From: Acetobacteraceae bacterium
GTDB taxonomy: Bacteria > Pseudomonadota > Alphaproteobacteria > Acetobacterales > Acetobacteraceae
Direction: 5' to 3'
NCBI GenBank assembly: GCA_965199105.1
Contig: CBDAQO010000002.1
Span: 2,672,302-2,736,301 of the forward strand
DNA length: 64,000 nucleotides
Below the pieces are notes generated by a model that was given only the letters and a program-made list of their open reading frames with translations, was not told the DNA's origin and ran no database searches. The translations under genes were made by a program, and so were the position numbers. Each line of letters begins with the position of its first letter. The stretch's first letter is position 1. This document shows, one piece after another, positions 17,301 to 28,249 of the stretch.

Positions 17301-20094
17301 CGTCACCTGGGTGCAGCCGCCATCGCAGACCGTGACGGTCAGCACCGAGCACGAGAGCTACGACCCGGGGCAGACCGCCACGCTGCTGATCCAGAGCCCG
17401 TTCCAGACCGCGCGCGCCTTGGCCATCGTGGAAGAGCCGGGCCAGCCATTCCAGTATGACTGGGTGGATGTGCGCGACGGGGTCGGGCGCTACGACGTGG
17501 CGATCCGCAAGGAGCAGGGTCCGCGGCTGCCGGTGCATTTCCTGCTGATGCGCGGGCGGCTGCCAGGCCCACCGGTCCTGAACGCGCCGTTCGACCAGGG
17601 CAAGCCGGTGACGCTGGCGGCGACGCATTGGGTCACGGTCACGCCGGTGCAGAACAAGGTGAAAGTGAGCTTTGAGGCGCCGGCCAGCGCGCGGCCGGGC
17701 CAAGCGATCGACCTCGTGCTGCATTTGGCGGACGCGGCGGGGCGGCCGGTGGCGGGCGAGGCGACGGTGTGGCTGGTGGACCAGGCCGTGCTGTCGCTCG
17801 CCCATGAACGGTCGCTCGACGCATTGCCCGCCTTCCTCGTCGAGCGGCCGAGCCGCCTCTCGGCGCGGGACACGCGGAGCATGGTGCTCGGCGTCATCCC
17901 GCTGGCCGAGACACCCGGCGGAGATACGGGCGCCGGCGAACCCCCTGGTGTGCCGAACATCACCGTGCGCAAGAACTTCACTCCGGTGCCGTTCTATGCG
18001 CCGCGGGTGCAGGTGGGGCCGAGCGGGGCGGCCACGCTGCACGTGACGCTGCCCGATTCGCTCACCGTGTTCATGCTGCGGGCGGAGGCGATCAGCGGGC
18101 CGGACCGGTTCGGCTTCGGCACCGGGGAACTCCGCGTTCGCCAGCCGGTGGTGGCGCAGGCGGTGCTGCCCCGCTTCGTGCGGCCCGGCGACGTGTTCAC
18201 CGCCGGGTTGCTCGGCCGCGTGGTGGAGGGCCCGGGCGGCGCGGGCGTGGCGGCGATCTCCACCGACAACCTCACGGTGCAAGGCGCGGCGGAGCAGGCG
18301 GTGCGCTGGGACGGGCCGCAGCCGGTGCGCAGCCTCTACACGGTGAGCGTGCCGGAGCCCAAGGACGGCGCGACGCTCGCGCGGGTCCGCTTCCTGCTGC
18401 AGCGCAGCGCCGACCAGGCCGGCGACGCGGTGCAGATCGACCTGCCGATCCGGCCCGACCGGCCGGTGGTGCATCGGCGTGACCTGCTGGTGGTGGGGGC
18501 GGCCAACGCCCTGCAAATCCCCGCACTGGCCGACCCGGTGCGCCCGCCGAGTTATTCCCGCAGCGTCACCCTCGCCACCGACCCGGTGGTGACCCGGCTG
18601 GTGGCGGGGCTGAACCTGCTGGTGCGGCCGGCGGTCGGCGGCACGGCGCAGCGCATCGACCTCGCCTTGGCGGAGCTGCCGCTGCTGCCGTTCACCTCGA
18701 TCCTGGATGCGGCGGGCTTGCGCGACCGGCTTGCTGGGGACGTGGCGGCGGCGCAGACGGCGATCCGCCAAGGCCTCGACGACGATGGGCTGGTGGCGTT
18801 CTTCCCCAACAGCCGCGGCATGGTCTGGCTCACCGCGAGCGCCTTGCGGGTGATGACCGAGGCCGGCCAGGCTGGTTTGCCGGTGGACAAGGCAGTGGCG
18901 GACCGCCTGGTGCAGGTGCTGCGGAACTCGTTGCGCAGTGACTATCCGCACCTGCTCGACGACGAGGAATGGTTCGAGCGGGTCTCCGCGCTTTACGCCC
19001 TGACTGGCGCCGGGCAGGCCGCGCCGGGATACGCCGATGAGCTGGCCCGCCGCGCGGCGGAGTTGCACACCGGGGCGCTGGCGACGGTCGCCACCGTTCT
19101 GGCGCGGCTGCCGGACGGCAACAAGCGCCTGCTGGGGGAGGTGCTGGACACGCTGTGGCAGCGGGTGAACGTGATCGAGCGCGACGGCAAGCCGGTCTAT
19201 CAGGGCCTGGCCGACCAGGGTGGCGGCGCGCTCATCCTGCCGTCCGAGGCGCGCAGCCTGGCGCAGACGCTCGAGGCGGTCGCCAGCGCCACGCCGGACG
19301 ATCCGCGGCTGAGCGTGCTGCGGGCCGGGTTGCTGGGGCTGTCGACCGGGCAGGGCTGGGGCAGCACCAACGCCACGTCGGCCGCGTTGCAGGCGCTGGC
19401 GGCGTCGTGGCAGCCGCCGGCTGCTCCGGTGGACGCGCTGGTCACGCTGCCCGACCGGCCGGTGGAGGGCGTGTTGGACCATGCCCACCCGCTGCTGCAG
19501 GCCATCACCGCGGCGCCGGGGCCGATCCACGTCCAGGCGGCTTCGGGCATCGCCGTGTTGGCCAGCACGGACTACGTGCCGCTGCAGCCGGGCGCCCTCG
19601 CCACGCCGGACCAGCGCGGACTGATATTGACCCGCACGCTCTACCGGGTGCCGCGGGCGCAAGGCGCGAACCAGCCGCCGATGGCCCGGCTGGACGCTGG
19701 GCCGGACGGCGCGGTGCACCTGGCAGTGGGTGACGTGGTGGAGGAGGTGGACGAGGTGGTGACGCCGGAGGATCGGCCGCAGGTGGCGTTGCGGCTGCCG
19801 GTCGCGGCCGGGCTGGAGCCGCTCAACCCGGCGCTGGCCACCGCCACCGCGGACGCCACGCCCTCCGCCGCGCCGACGCTGGCGCCGTCCTGGTCGTCGA
19901 TCGGCGATGACGAGGTGGTCGCGGTGTGGCTCGAGCTGCCGCGCGGCACGTTCGTGTTGCGCCAACGGCTGCGGGCGACCACGGCGGGCAGCTTCACCCA
20001 GCCGCCGGGCAGCGCCGAGTTGCTGTATCAGCCGGGCGTGAACGGCAGCTCCGCCGGCGTCCGCATCGTCGTCGCGCCGACCGGCGTGCCGTGA
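14368..20094 (+). CDS. Bacterial alpha-2-macroglobulin family protein, thioester-less (no CxEQ)
   Basis: 1908 aa. A2M hallmarks: TERPIYRPEEPI (MG-domain motif), VRKNFTPVPFYAPRVQVGPSGAATLHVTLPDSLTVFMLRAEAIS (A2M domain) and GWGSTNATSAALQAL (TED/complement-like region). GTG start overlaps the upstream stop (GTGA); an ATG at 14374 is the alternative start. Confidence 0.85.
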   Translation: MSMVKALRAAGALLCALMVMAQAPLDQLKRADGAHVLPDHFLRRWDPVTILLDGDAGPAQGGPEDAPERFVTLAPAKPGSWRWIGRRTLQFRPTEPWEPLRREAVTAAGATTTLIPLLPVPTATGPSDDPNGTANLDTIALSFDQPVDMAALARLLTITLTPQPGVTGVGTQTLTAADFTVRPVERAKPSDPQTYLVTLRTPLPQGRIATLRLLLSDEPGLDDPIFSLPLHSASPFAVTDRYCGGGFNHSLVDGVVQCDPDPDETAQKRAIVLQFSAQPAPVDIVQGRDALRFTPPVDGLELTTGDDNSLTITASFAADQVYHLSVAAGALTNIGGRPLAVAVESDFRFQPSAPALAWDTQDGMAEALGPQMVPLRGHGYDHADLRIYPIDPLSRDFWPFPSGAVSTSDSQSPPLPGREPRRYVELAPISADAVMARIYALGSPAVSDLYTLPIHRGGLDAKFGLDLAPSLARIAGPRMPGTYLLGLRTVDGQTRQWARLQVTDLALSTVEAPGQVRFVVTSLATAQPVAGAEVRLEGVRDGQFGTLAQGVTDAAGGWTLAGQIATGRDGKAALRRLVVTKATDTLVLDPARGPQVYAQGLWSPPDTPWLSRLTASRASTREPAQTLCHVFTERPIYRPEEPILIAGMIRRYQPGSLAFATGSGDVVVTAPDDQEWRQPVTLDEVGGFHVRFDQKTTATGEYKIAYQPAHGEPCGAFTVQKQAYRLPTFEVVLTAPAHAALDAPFDVDLLARFFAGGTLTDRPITWRVTQFPFAWTPPGRDGFLFSSDSRFSGDSSFRSTPVLGRDATTDAGGSAQLTLDPTIEPTAQPRQYVVEATVTGDDDQQVRGVQRITALPPFVLGVKVPRYLPQPGAIEPEIVALDGDGHEVTGLAMTAKLVHRQWNSVLEASDFAQGAAKYQTQVLDQTVEERHVVSTAAAQTVHFGAMEAGVYLVELSATDRAGRTQTVRVDLFMAGTTPVTWVQPPSQTVTVSTEHESYDPGQTATLLIQSPFQTARALAIVEEPGQPFQYDWVDVRDGVGRYDVAIRKEQGPRLPVHFLLMRGRLPGPPVLNAPFDQGKPVTLAATHWVTVTPVQNKVKVSFEAPASARPGQAIDLVLHLADAAGRPVAGEATVWLVDQAVLSLAHERSLDALPAFLVERPSRLSARDTRSMVLGVIPLAETPGGDTGAGEPPGVPNITVRKNFTPVPFYAPRVQVGPSGAATLHVTLPDSLTVFMLRAEAISGPDRFGFGTGELRVRQPVVAQAVLPRFVRPGDVFTAGLLGRVVEGPGGAGVAAISTDNLTVQGAAEQAVRWDGPQPVRSLYTVSVPEPKDGATLARVRFLLQRSADQAGDAVQIDLPIRPDRPVVHRRDLLVVGAANALQIPALADPVRPPSYSRSVTLATDPVVTRLVAGLNLLVRPAVGGTAQRIDLALAELPLLPFTSILDAAGLRDRLAGDVAAAQTAIRQGLDDDGLVAFFPNSRGMVWLTASALRVMTEAGQAGLPVDKAVADRLVQVLRNSLRSDYPHLLDDEEWFERVSALYALTGAGQAAPGYADELARRAAELHTGALATVATVLARLPDGNKRLLGEVLDTLWQRVNVIERDGKPVYQGLADQGGGALILPSEARSLAQTLEAVASATPDDPRLSVLRAGLLGLSTGQGWGSTNATSAALQALAASWQPPAAPVDALVTLPDRPVEGVLDHAHPLLQAITAAPGPIHVQAASGIAVLASTDYVPLQPGALATPDQRGLILTRTLYRVPRAQGANQPPMARLDAGPDGAVHLAVGDVVEEVDEVVTPEDRPQVALRLPVAAGLEPLNPALATATADATPSAAPTLAPSWSSIGDDEVVAVWLELPRGTFVLRQRLRATTAGSFTQPPGSAELLYQPGVNGSSAGVRIVVAPTGVP

Positions 20095-22214
20095 GGCGGG
20101 TTGGCCGGCTGGCGCTCGCCGGGTGCGCCGCCGGGCTGGCCTGGTATGGCGCGGCGGTGGTGCAGGACGCCCATTTCGGCGCACCCGCCGCCACCGCGAT
20201 CGTGACGGACGCGCAGGGCCGCTTCATCACCCAAGCCGGCGACGTCAGCCTGCGGCCCGGCGGTGCGCGCCAGGTCGATTACGGCTACTGGCCGGTTGCC
20301 GCGCCGGACCGGGTGGTGCGGGCGACGCTGGCGCTGGAGGACCGGCGGTTTTGGCGCCACCCCGGCGTCGACCCGCTGGCCGTGCTGCGCGCGGGTTGGC
20401 AGCATTTGCGCGGCGGCCGCGGCTCGGGGGCATCGACCTTGGCCATGCAGGTGGCCCGCATGCAGCATCCGCGGCCGCGCACGCTATGGGCCAAGGCGGT
20501 GGAGGCGGGCACGGCGGTGGCGCTGACCGCGCGCTATGGCCGGGCCGCGGTGCTGGCGCACTACCTGCAGCTCGCCCCCTACGGCGAGGGCAGCCACGGC
20601 ATCGCCCACGCGGCGGAGTGGTATTTCGATCGCCCGGCAGCCGATTTGAGCTGGGCGCAGGCGGCGTTGCTGGCGGCCATTCCGCAGGCGCCGGGCGTGA
20701 TGGCGCTGCGCCATGGTGGCCTGCCGCGCGCCGCCCGCCGTGCCGCCGCGGCGCTGCAGGCGATGGGCTTGCCGGCGGACACGCTGGCACAGGCGCTGGG
20801 CGAGCTGGCGCAAATCCGCGTCGACCCGGCGCCGCGCCGCCCGCCCGACCTGCAGGTGGTGCTGCGGCTGGAACGGCTGGCGCGGGCGGCTGGGGGCACG
20901 CATCTGCGCGCCACGCTGGACCTCGGGATGCAGCATTGGGTGAGCCAGCTTGCCGCCGCCCAGCTCGGCACCTGGCGGCCGGAGGATGCGCAGCAGGTGG
21001 CGGTGATGGTGGTGCAGCGCCACAGCCGCGCCGTGTTGGCCGACGTGGCCTCCGCCGGCTACAGCAGCACGCCAGGGGGCGCGATCGATTTCAGCGCTGT
21101 GCTGCGCTCGCCGGGCAGCACGCTCAAGCCGTTCCTCTACGCTCGCGCGCTCGACCGGGAGCTGATCACGCCGCGCACCATGCTGGCCGACGCGCCGGAA
21201 GCCGCGGCGGGCATCGCCAATGCCGACCACGACTTCCTCGGCCCGCTGCTGCCGCGCCAGGCGCTGGCGAACTCGCGCAACGTGCCGGCGGCGGCGCTGC
21301 TGCGGCGCATCGGGCTGGGAGACGGGTTTGGCTTCCTGCGCAGCCTCGGCCTGCACGAGCTCGACCAGGGCGCGGAGCATTACGGCCTGGCGATGGCCAT
21401 CGGCGCGCTGCCGACCAGCCTGGACCGGCTGATGCGCGGCTACGAGACGCTGGCCGAAGACGGCGTGGACGACCGGCTGGCCTGGTTCGCCGAGGCCCCG
21501 CAAGCGCCCCGCCGGCTGGTTTCGGCCGGGTCCGCGCGGCTGATTGCCGACTTCCTGAGCGACCCGCTAGCGCGGCTGCCGAGCTTCCCGCGCTACGGCT
21601 CATCCGAGTTCCCGATGGCGGTGGCGCTCAAGACCGGCACGTCGCAGGGCTACCGCGACGCCTGGACGTTCGCCTGGTCGCAGGATTACCTGGTGGGTGT
21701 GTGGTTCGGCCGGCCGGATGCGGGCCCGATGTCGCAGCTCTCCGGCGCGCGCGCTGCGGCGGGGCTGGCGCAGGCGGTGTTGTTGCGGCTGCATGGCCTG
21801 AACCGGAGCGACCTGGTGGCCGGCCGCTTTGCCGCACCCGCCGGGTTGCAGCGCGCCGAAGTCTGCACCAGCACGGGCTTGGCCGGCAGCGGTTGCGACG
21901 CCCGGCTCACCGAGTGGGGCCGCGGCCCGGCGCCGACCCCGCCAGCGCCGCGCCTGGCGATCGTGACCCCCGAGCCGGACACGCATGTCTGGCGCAACCC
22001 GGACGCGCCGGCGGCGCTCAACCGGCTGGTGCTGCGCGCCGCCGTGGACCCGCCGGTGCCGCAGATCGTGTGGCTGGTGGATGGGCAGCCGGTGGCGCTG
22101 GCCGCTCCGGACGCGCCGCTGTATTGGCCGATGACGCCGGGCCGGCACCGCTTCCAGGTGCGGCTGCCGCTGCAGCCGGATGCGTCCGGCCCGCTGTTCG
22201 TGGTGGTGGAGTGA
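20091..22214 (+). CDS. pbpC: Penicillin-binding protein 1C (bifunctional transglycosylase/transpeptidase)
   Basis: Glycosyltransferase motifs ALEDRRFWRHPGVD and GASTLAMQVAR. Transpeptidase motifs SPGSTLKPF (SxxK), SRN and KTGTS. PBP1C-type C-terminal domain. GTG 20091 overlaps the A2M stop (GTGA). Confidence 0.9.
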   Translation: MRRVGRLALAGCAAGLAWYGAAVVQDAHFGAPAATAIVTDAQGRFITQAGDVSLRPGGARQVDYGYWPVAAPDRVVRATLALEDRRFWRHPGVDPLAVLRAGWQHLRGGRGSGASTLAMQVARMQHPRPRTLWAKAVEAGTAVALTARYGRAAVLAHYLQLAPYGEGSHGIAHAAEWYFDRPAADLSWAQAALLAAIPQAPGVMALRHGGLPRAARRAAAALQAMGLPADTLAQALGELAQIRVDPAPRRPPDLQVVLRLERLARAAGGTHLRATLDLGMQHWVSQLAAAQLGTWRPEDAQQVAVMVVQRHSRAVLADVASAGYSSTPGGAIDFSAVLRSPGSTLKPFLYARALDRELITPRTMLADAPEAAAGIANADHDFLGPLLPRQALANSRNVPAAALLRRIGLGDGFGFLRSLGLHELDQGAEHYGLAMAIGALPTSLDRLMRGYETLAEDGVDDRLAWFAEAPQAPRRLVSAGSARLIADFLSDPLARLPSFPRYGSSEFPMAVALKTGTSQGYRDAWTFAWSQDYLVGVWFGRPDAGPMSQLSGARAAAGLAQAVLLRLHGLNRSDLVAGRFAAPAGLQRAEVCTSTGLAGSGCDARLTEWGRGPAPTPPAPRLAIVTPEPDTHVWRNPDAPAALNRLVLRAAVDPPVPQIVWLVDGQPVALAAPDAPLYWPMTPGRHRFQVRLPLQPDASGPLFVVVE

Positions 22215-22313
22215 CGCCGGCGCGCCGTCTGCCGCGGCGGTAAATGTCTTCGTTCTGCAACAGACGCGAGACGAGGCTGCGGCGTTGACCCGACGGCCAA
22301 CCACGGAGCACGC

Positions 22314-23780
22314 ATGCTCGCCCATTTCGCGCCGTCTTCGACCATCGTCCTGGTGATGCTGGTCGGTTGTTTCATCCTGGTGCTGGCCTTCGAGGCCACC
22401 AACGGGTTCCACGACACCTCCAACGCCGTCGCCACCGTGATCTACACCAACTCGCTTAAGCCGACCTACGCCGTGATCTGGTCCGGGCTGCTGAACTTCA
22501 TCGGCGTCCTGGTCGGCGGGATCGCGGTCGCCTACGCCCTGGTGGAGATCCTGCCGCCGGACGTGCTGACCCCGCCGGACGGCTCGCCCGCGGTGCCGAT
22601 GCTGGTGTCGATCTTCGTCTCCGCGCTGTTCTGGAACGTGCTGACCTGGGCGTTCGGCGTGCCCAATAGCTCGTCGCACTGCATCATCGGCGCCCTGATC
22701 GGCGTGGCGGTGGGGGACGCGCTGCTGCAGTCCCGCAGCCTGCGCCAGGGTGTGGACTGGCACCAGATATTTACCGTGCTGAAGGCGCTGGCGATCTCGC
22801 CGCTGCTGGGCTTCGTGGGCGCCGGGGTGCTGTACGGCCTGATCCGCCTGCTGGTGCCGCGGGACAACCACTTGCTCGAGCCGCCCGAGGGGGACACGCC
22901 GCCGGTGTGGTGGATGCGCGGGCTGCTGATCCTGACCTGCACGTCGGTGAGCTTCTCCCATGGCACCAATGACGGGCAGAAGAGCATCGGGCTCATCATG
23001 CTCACCATCATCGGGCTGATGCCGGCCACGTTCGCGCTGAACCCGAACGCGCAGGACGAGATGCGGCATCTGCAAGAGAACGCCGCCGCCGCGGTGCCGC
23101 TGATCCAGAAATACGGCGACGACCAGAAGCAGCAGGCGCTGCAGGCCGCGCAGGCGCTACAGAACGTCGGCCCTGACGTCGCGCTACAGGATGTCGGTCC
23201 CGACGGGGCGCTACAGGATGTCGGTCCCGACGGGGCGCAGCAGGCCGGCGCCACCGGGGCGGCGCAGCCGGGCGCGCGGCAGACCCGCTCGCAGGTGCGG
23301 GGCGACGTCTACTTCGTGTTGTCCGAGATGCGGCAGGTGTCCGAAGCGAGCGGCGCCAGCGCGGCGGACAAGGCCGAGGCGGAAAAGCTGCGCAAGGCGA
23401 TGGGCCAGCCGGTGCAGTACGCACCGATCTGGGTGCGGATGTTGAGCGCGATCTGCCTCGGCGTCGGCACCATGGTGGGCTACAAGCGCGTGGTGCGCAC
23501 CCTGGGCGAGCGGCTTGGCAAGCAGCACATGACGCCGGGCCAGGGCGGCAGCGCCGAACTCATCGGCTCGGCGCTGATCGCGTCCGCCGGGTTCACCGGG
23601 TTGCCGGTGAGCACCACGCACATCATCACCTCCGGGATCGCCGGCACGATGGTGGCGGGTGGGCAGGGGGTGCAGGGTTCGATGCTGACGCGGATCGTGG
23701 GCGCGTGGCTGTTCACCCTGCCGGTGACCATCGCGCTGGCCGCCGGGCTGTTCTGGCTGCTCGACAACCCGAACCTGTAA
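22314..23780 (+). CDS. pit: Inorganic phosphate transporter, PiT (PHO4) family
   Basis: NGFHDTSNAVATVIYT and GTNDGQKSIGLIM signature pair, with a large central loop. Confidence 0.9.
   Translation: MLAHFAPSSTIVLVMLVGCFILVLAFEATNGFHDTSNAVATVIYTNSLKPTYAVIWSGLLNFIGVLVGGIAVAYALVEILPPDVLTPPDGSPAVPMLVSIFVSALFWNVLTWAFGVPNSSSHCIIGALIGVAVGDALLQSRSLRQGVDWHQIFTVLKALAISPLLGFVGAGVLYGLIRLLVPRDNHLLEPPEGDTPPVWWMRGLLILTCTSVSFSHGTNDGQKSIGLIMLTIIGLMPATFALNPNAQDEMRHLQENAAAAVPLIQKYGDDQKQQALQAAQALQNVGPDVALQDVGPDGALQDVGPDGAQQAGATGAAQPGARQTRSQVRGDVYFVLSEMRQVSEASGASAADKAEAEKLRKAMGQPVQYAPIWVRMLSAICLGVGTMVGYKRVVRTLGERLGKQHMTPGQGGSAELIGSALIASAGFTGLPVSTTHIITSGIAGTMVAGGQGVQGSMLTRIVGAWLFTLPVTIALAAGLFWLLDNPNL
23157..23237. 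repeat. 3 x 27-nt in-frame tandem repeat in the central loop of the PiT gene
   Basis: ctacagaacgtcggccctgacgtcgcg, then ctacaggatgtcggtcccgacggggcg twice. Encodes LQNVGPDVA / LQDVGPDGA / LQDVGPDGA. Confidence 0.9.
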
Positions 23781-23826
23781 GCCGGCGGCGAGACCGTGCT
23801 GGTGAACGCGGCGAGCATGAGCGAGG

Positions 23827-27120
<3,294 letters not shown>

Positions 27121-27144
27121 CGTGCGGAGCCCTTAGGTGCAGCC

Positions 27145-27558
27145 TTATGGAACGGTGCGGAACAGCGGCGCCAACTGTCTCGCGGTGAACGTCTGGATCC
27201 CGAGCGGACGCCCGTTCGCGTCCGTCACGATCACCGAGCGGTTCCACCCGACATAGGTCCGTCCGGGCCAGAAGATGAGCGTGAGGACGGCTTTCTGCTG
27301 CATGGTATCCAGCGAGATCGAAGCGCTTTCGGTAGGCGGCGTGGCGAGATTGTCGTTCCAGCCGGATTGGTGGTGCTTCAACCAGCCCGTCGCCATCGCC
27401 AGTTGCGCGGGGCTGAGTGGTTTCGGCACACCGAACCGAGCGACGGACACGCCCGCGGTGATCTGCGGGATTTCGATCGTCCGTGCCGACGCGACGGTGT
27501 GCACCAGCGCGGCCCCAGCCAGCATGGCTGCGGCGATCATCCAGCGTTTGGCTCTCAT
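27145..27558 (-). CDS. Hypothetical small exported protein
   Basis: 137 aa with signal-like MRAKRWMIAAAMLAGAALVHTVASA. No family recognised. Ends 24 nt before the dnaE2 start. Confidence 0.5.
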   Translation of the reverse strand: MRAKRWMIAAAMLAGAALVHTVASARTIEIPQITAGVSVARFGVPKPLSPAQLAMATGWLKHHQSGWNDNLATPPTESASISLDTMQQKAVLTLIFWPGRTYVGWNRSVIVTDANGRPLGIQTFTARQLAPLFRTVP

Positions 27559-27589
27559 GCGATCACTCCGGGCAACAGGATGCAGGCGC

Positions 27590-27988
27590 CTACCCGCGCA
27601 CCACGAGCAAGCCCAGATGCTGCTCCATGTGGTCGAAATCGCGGTCGTCGTGCAGCAGCTTCAGGCGGCGGGCGAGGCAGAAGGTGCCGATGATCAGGTC
27701 CGCGGTCTTGCGGATGGTGACGCCACGGGAGCGCAGGAGGCGGTAGTTGCGTGCGGCTTGCACGGCCAGATCGGTGTCCAGCATCGGCATTATGACGAAT
27801 GTCCGCATCCGGCGTTCCATTGCAGCGGCGCGAACATCGTTCTTCATGCCTTGCAGGATTTCCAGTAGGACGACGTCGCCGACGATGATCTGTTCTCGGC
27901 TTGAACCGGCCTCACGCAGCAACGCCACTTTCGGCGAGGCATTGTTGCGCAGGAGATCAATCCAAACCGAGGTGTCAACAACGATCAG
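27590..27988 (-). CDS. vapC: PIN-domain toxin VapC
   Basis: The reading frame upstream of the track start (27928) continues as (L)IVVDTSVWIDLLRNNASPKV, which is the canonical PIN N-terminus with the first catalytic Asp. Including it needs a CTG (27988) or ATC start that overlaps the vapB stop (CTGA). Confidence 0.7.
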   Translation of the reverse strand: MIVVDTSVWIDLLRNNASPKVALLREAGSSREQIIVGDVVLLEILQGMKNDVRAAAMERRMRTFVIMPMLDTDLAVQAARNYRLLRSRGVTIRKTADLIIGTFCLARRLKLLHDDRDFDHMEQHLGLLVVRG

Positions 27989-28197
27989 TCCTGGCGACCT
28001 TCGCGCATGGCGTCCAAGTCGCCATCCCAGCCAAAGCCTGCCATTTCATCCATGGCAATCTTCTGCTGGCGTAACAGAACCACCAAGCGCAGGGCGTCCT
28101 CCACCGTCGCTTTCTTGGTGGGTTGGCCGGTCGCAGCCATGGCGTCCGCCAACAAGGTGTCGTCGATATCGATGTTCGTGCGCATGGTGTCCTCCAT
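27985..28197 (-). CDS. vapB: VapB-type antitoxin (MRTNIDID... family)
   Basis: MEDTMRTNIDIDDTLLADAMAATGQPTKKATVEDALRLVV... matches the type II VapB antitoxin family. The start may instead be the second Met (28185). Confidence 0.75.
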   Translation of the reverse strand: MEDTMRTNIDIDDTLLADAMAATGQPTKKATVEDALRLVVLLRQQKIAMDEMAGFGWDGDLDAMREGRQD

Positions 28198-28223
28198 GTG
28201 TATGAAATTGATCTACTATACAC
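28198..28223. promoter_or_regulatory. Possible vapBC operator (inverted repeat in an AT-rich patch)
   Basis: GTGTAT-N14-ATACAC immediately upstream of vapB, within the only AT-rich stretch of this region. Confidence 0.3.
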
Positions 28224-28249
28224 ATCAAGCGATGGAAGGCCAATCACGA

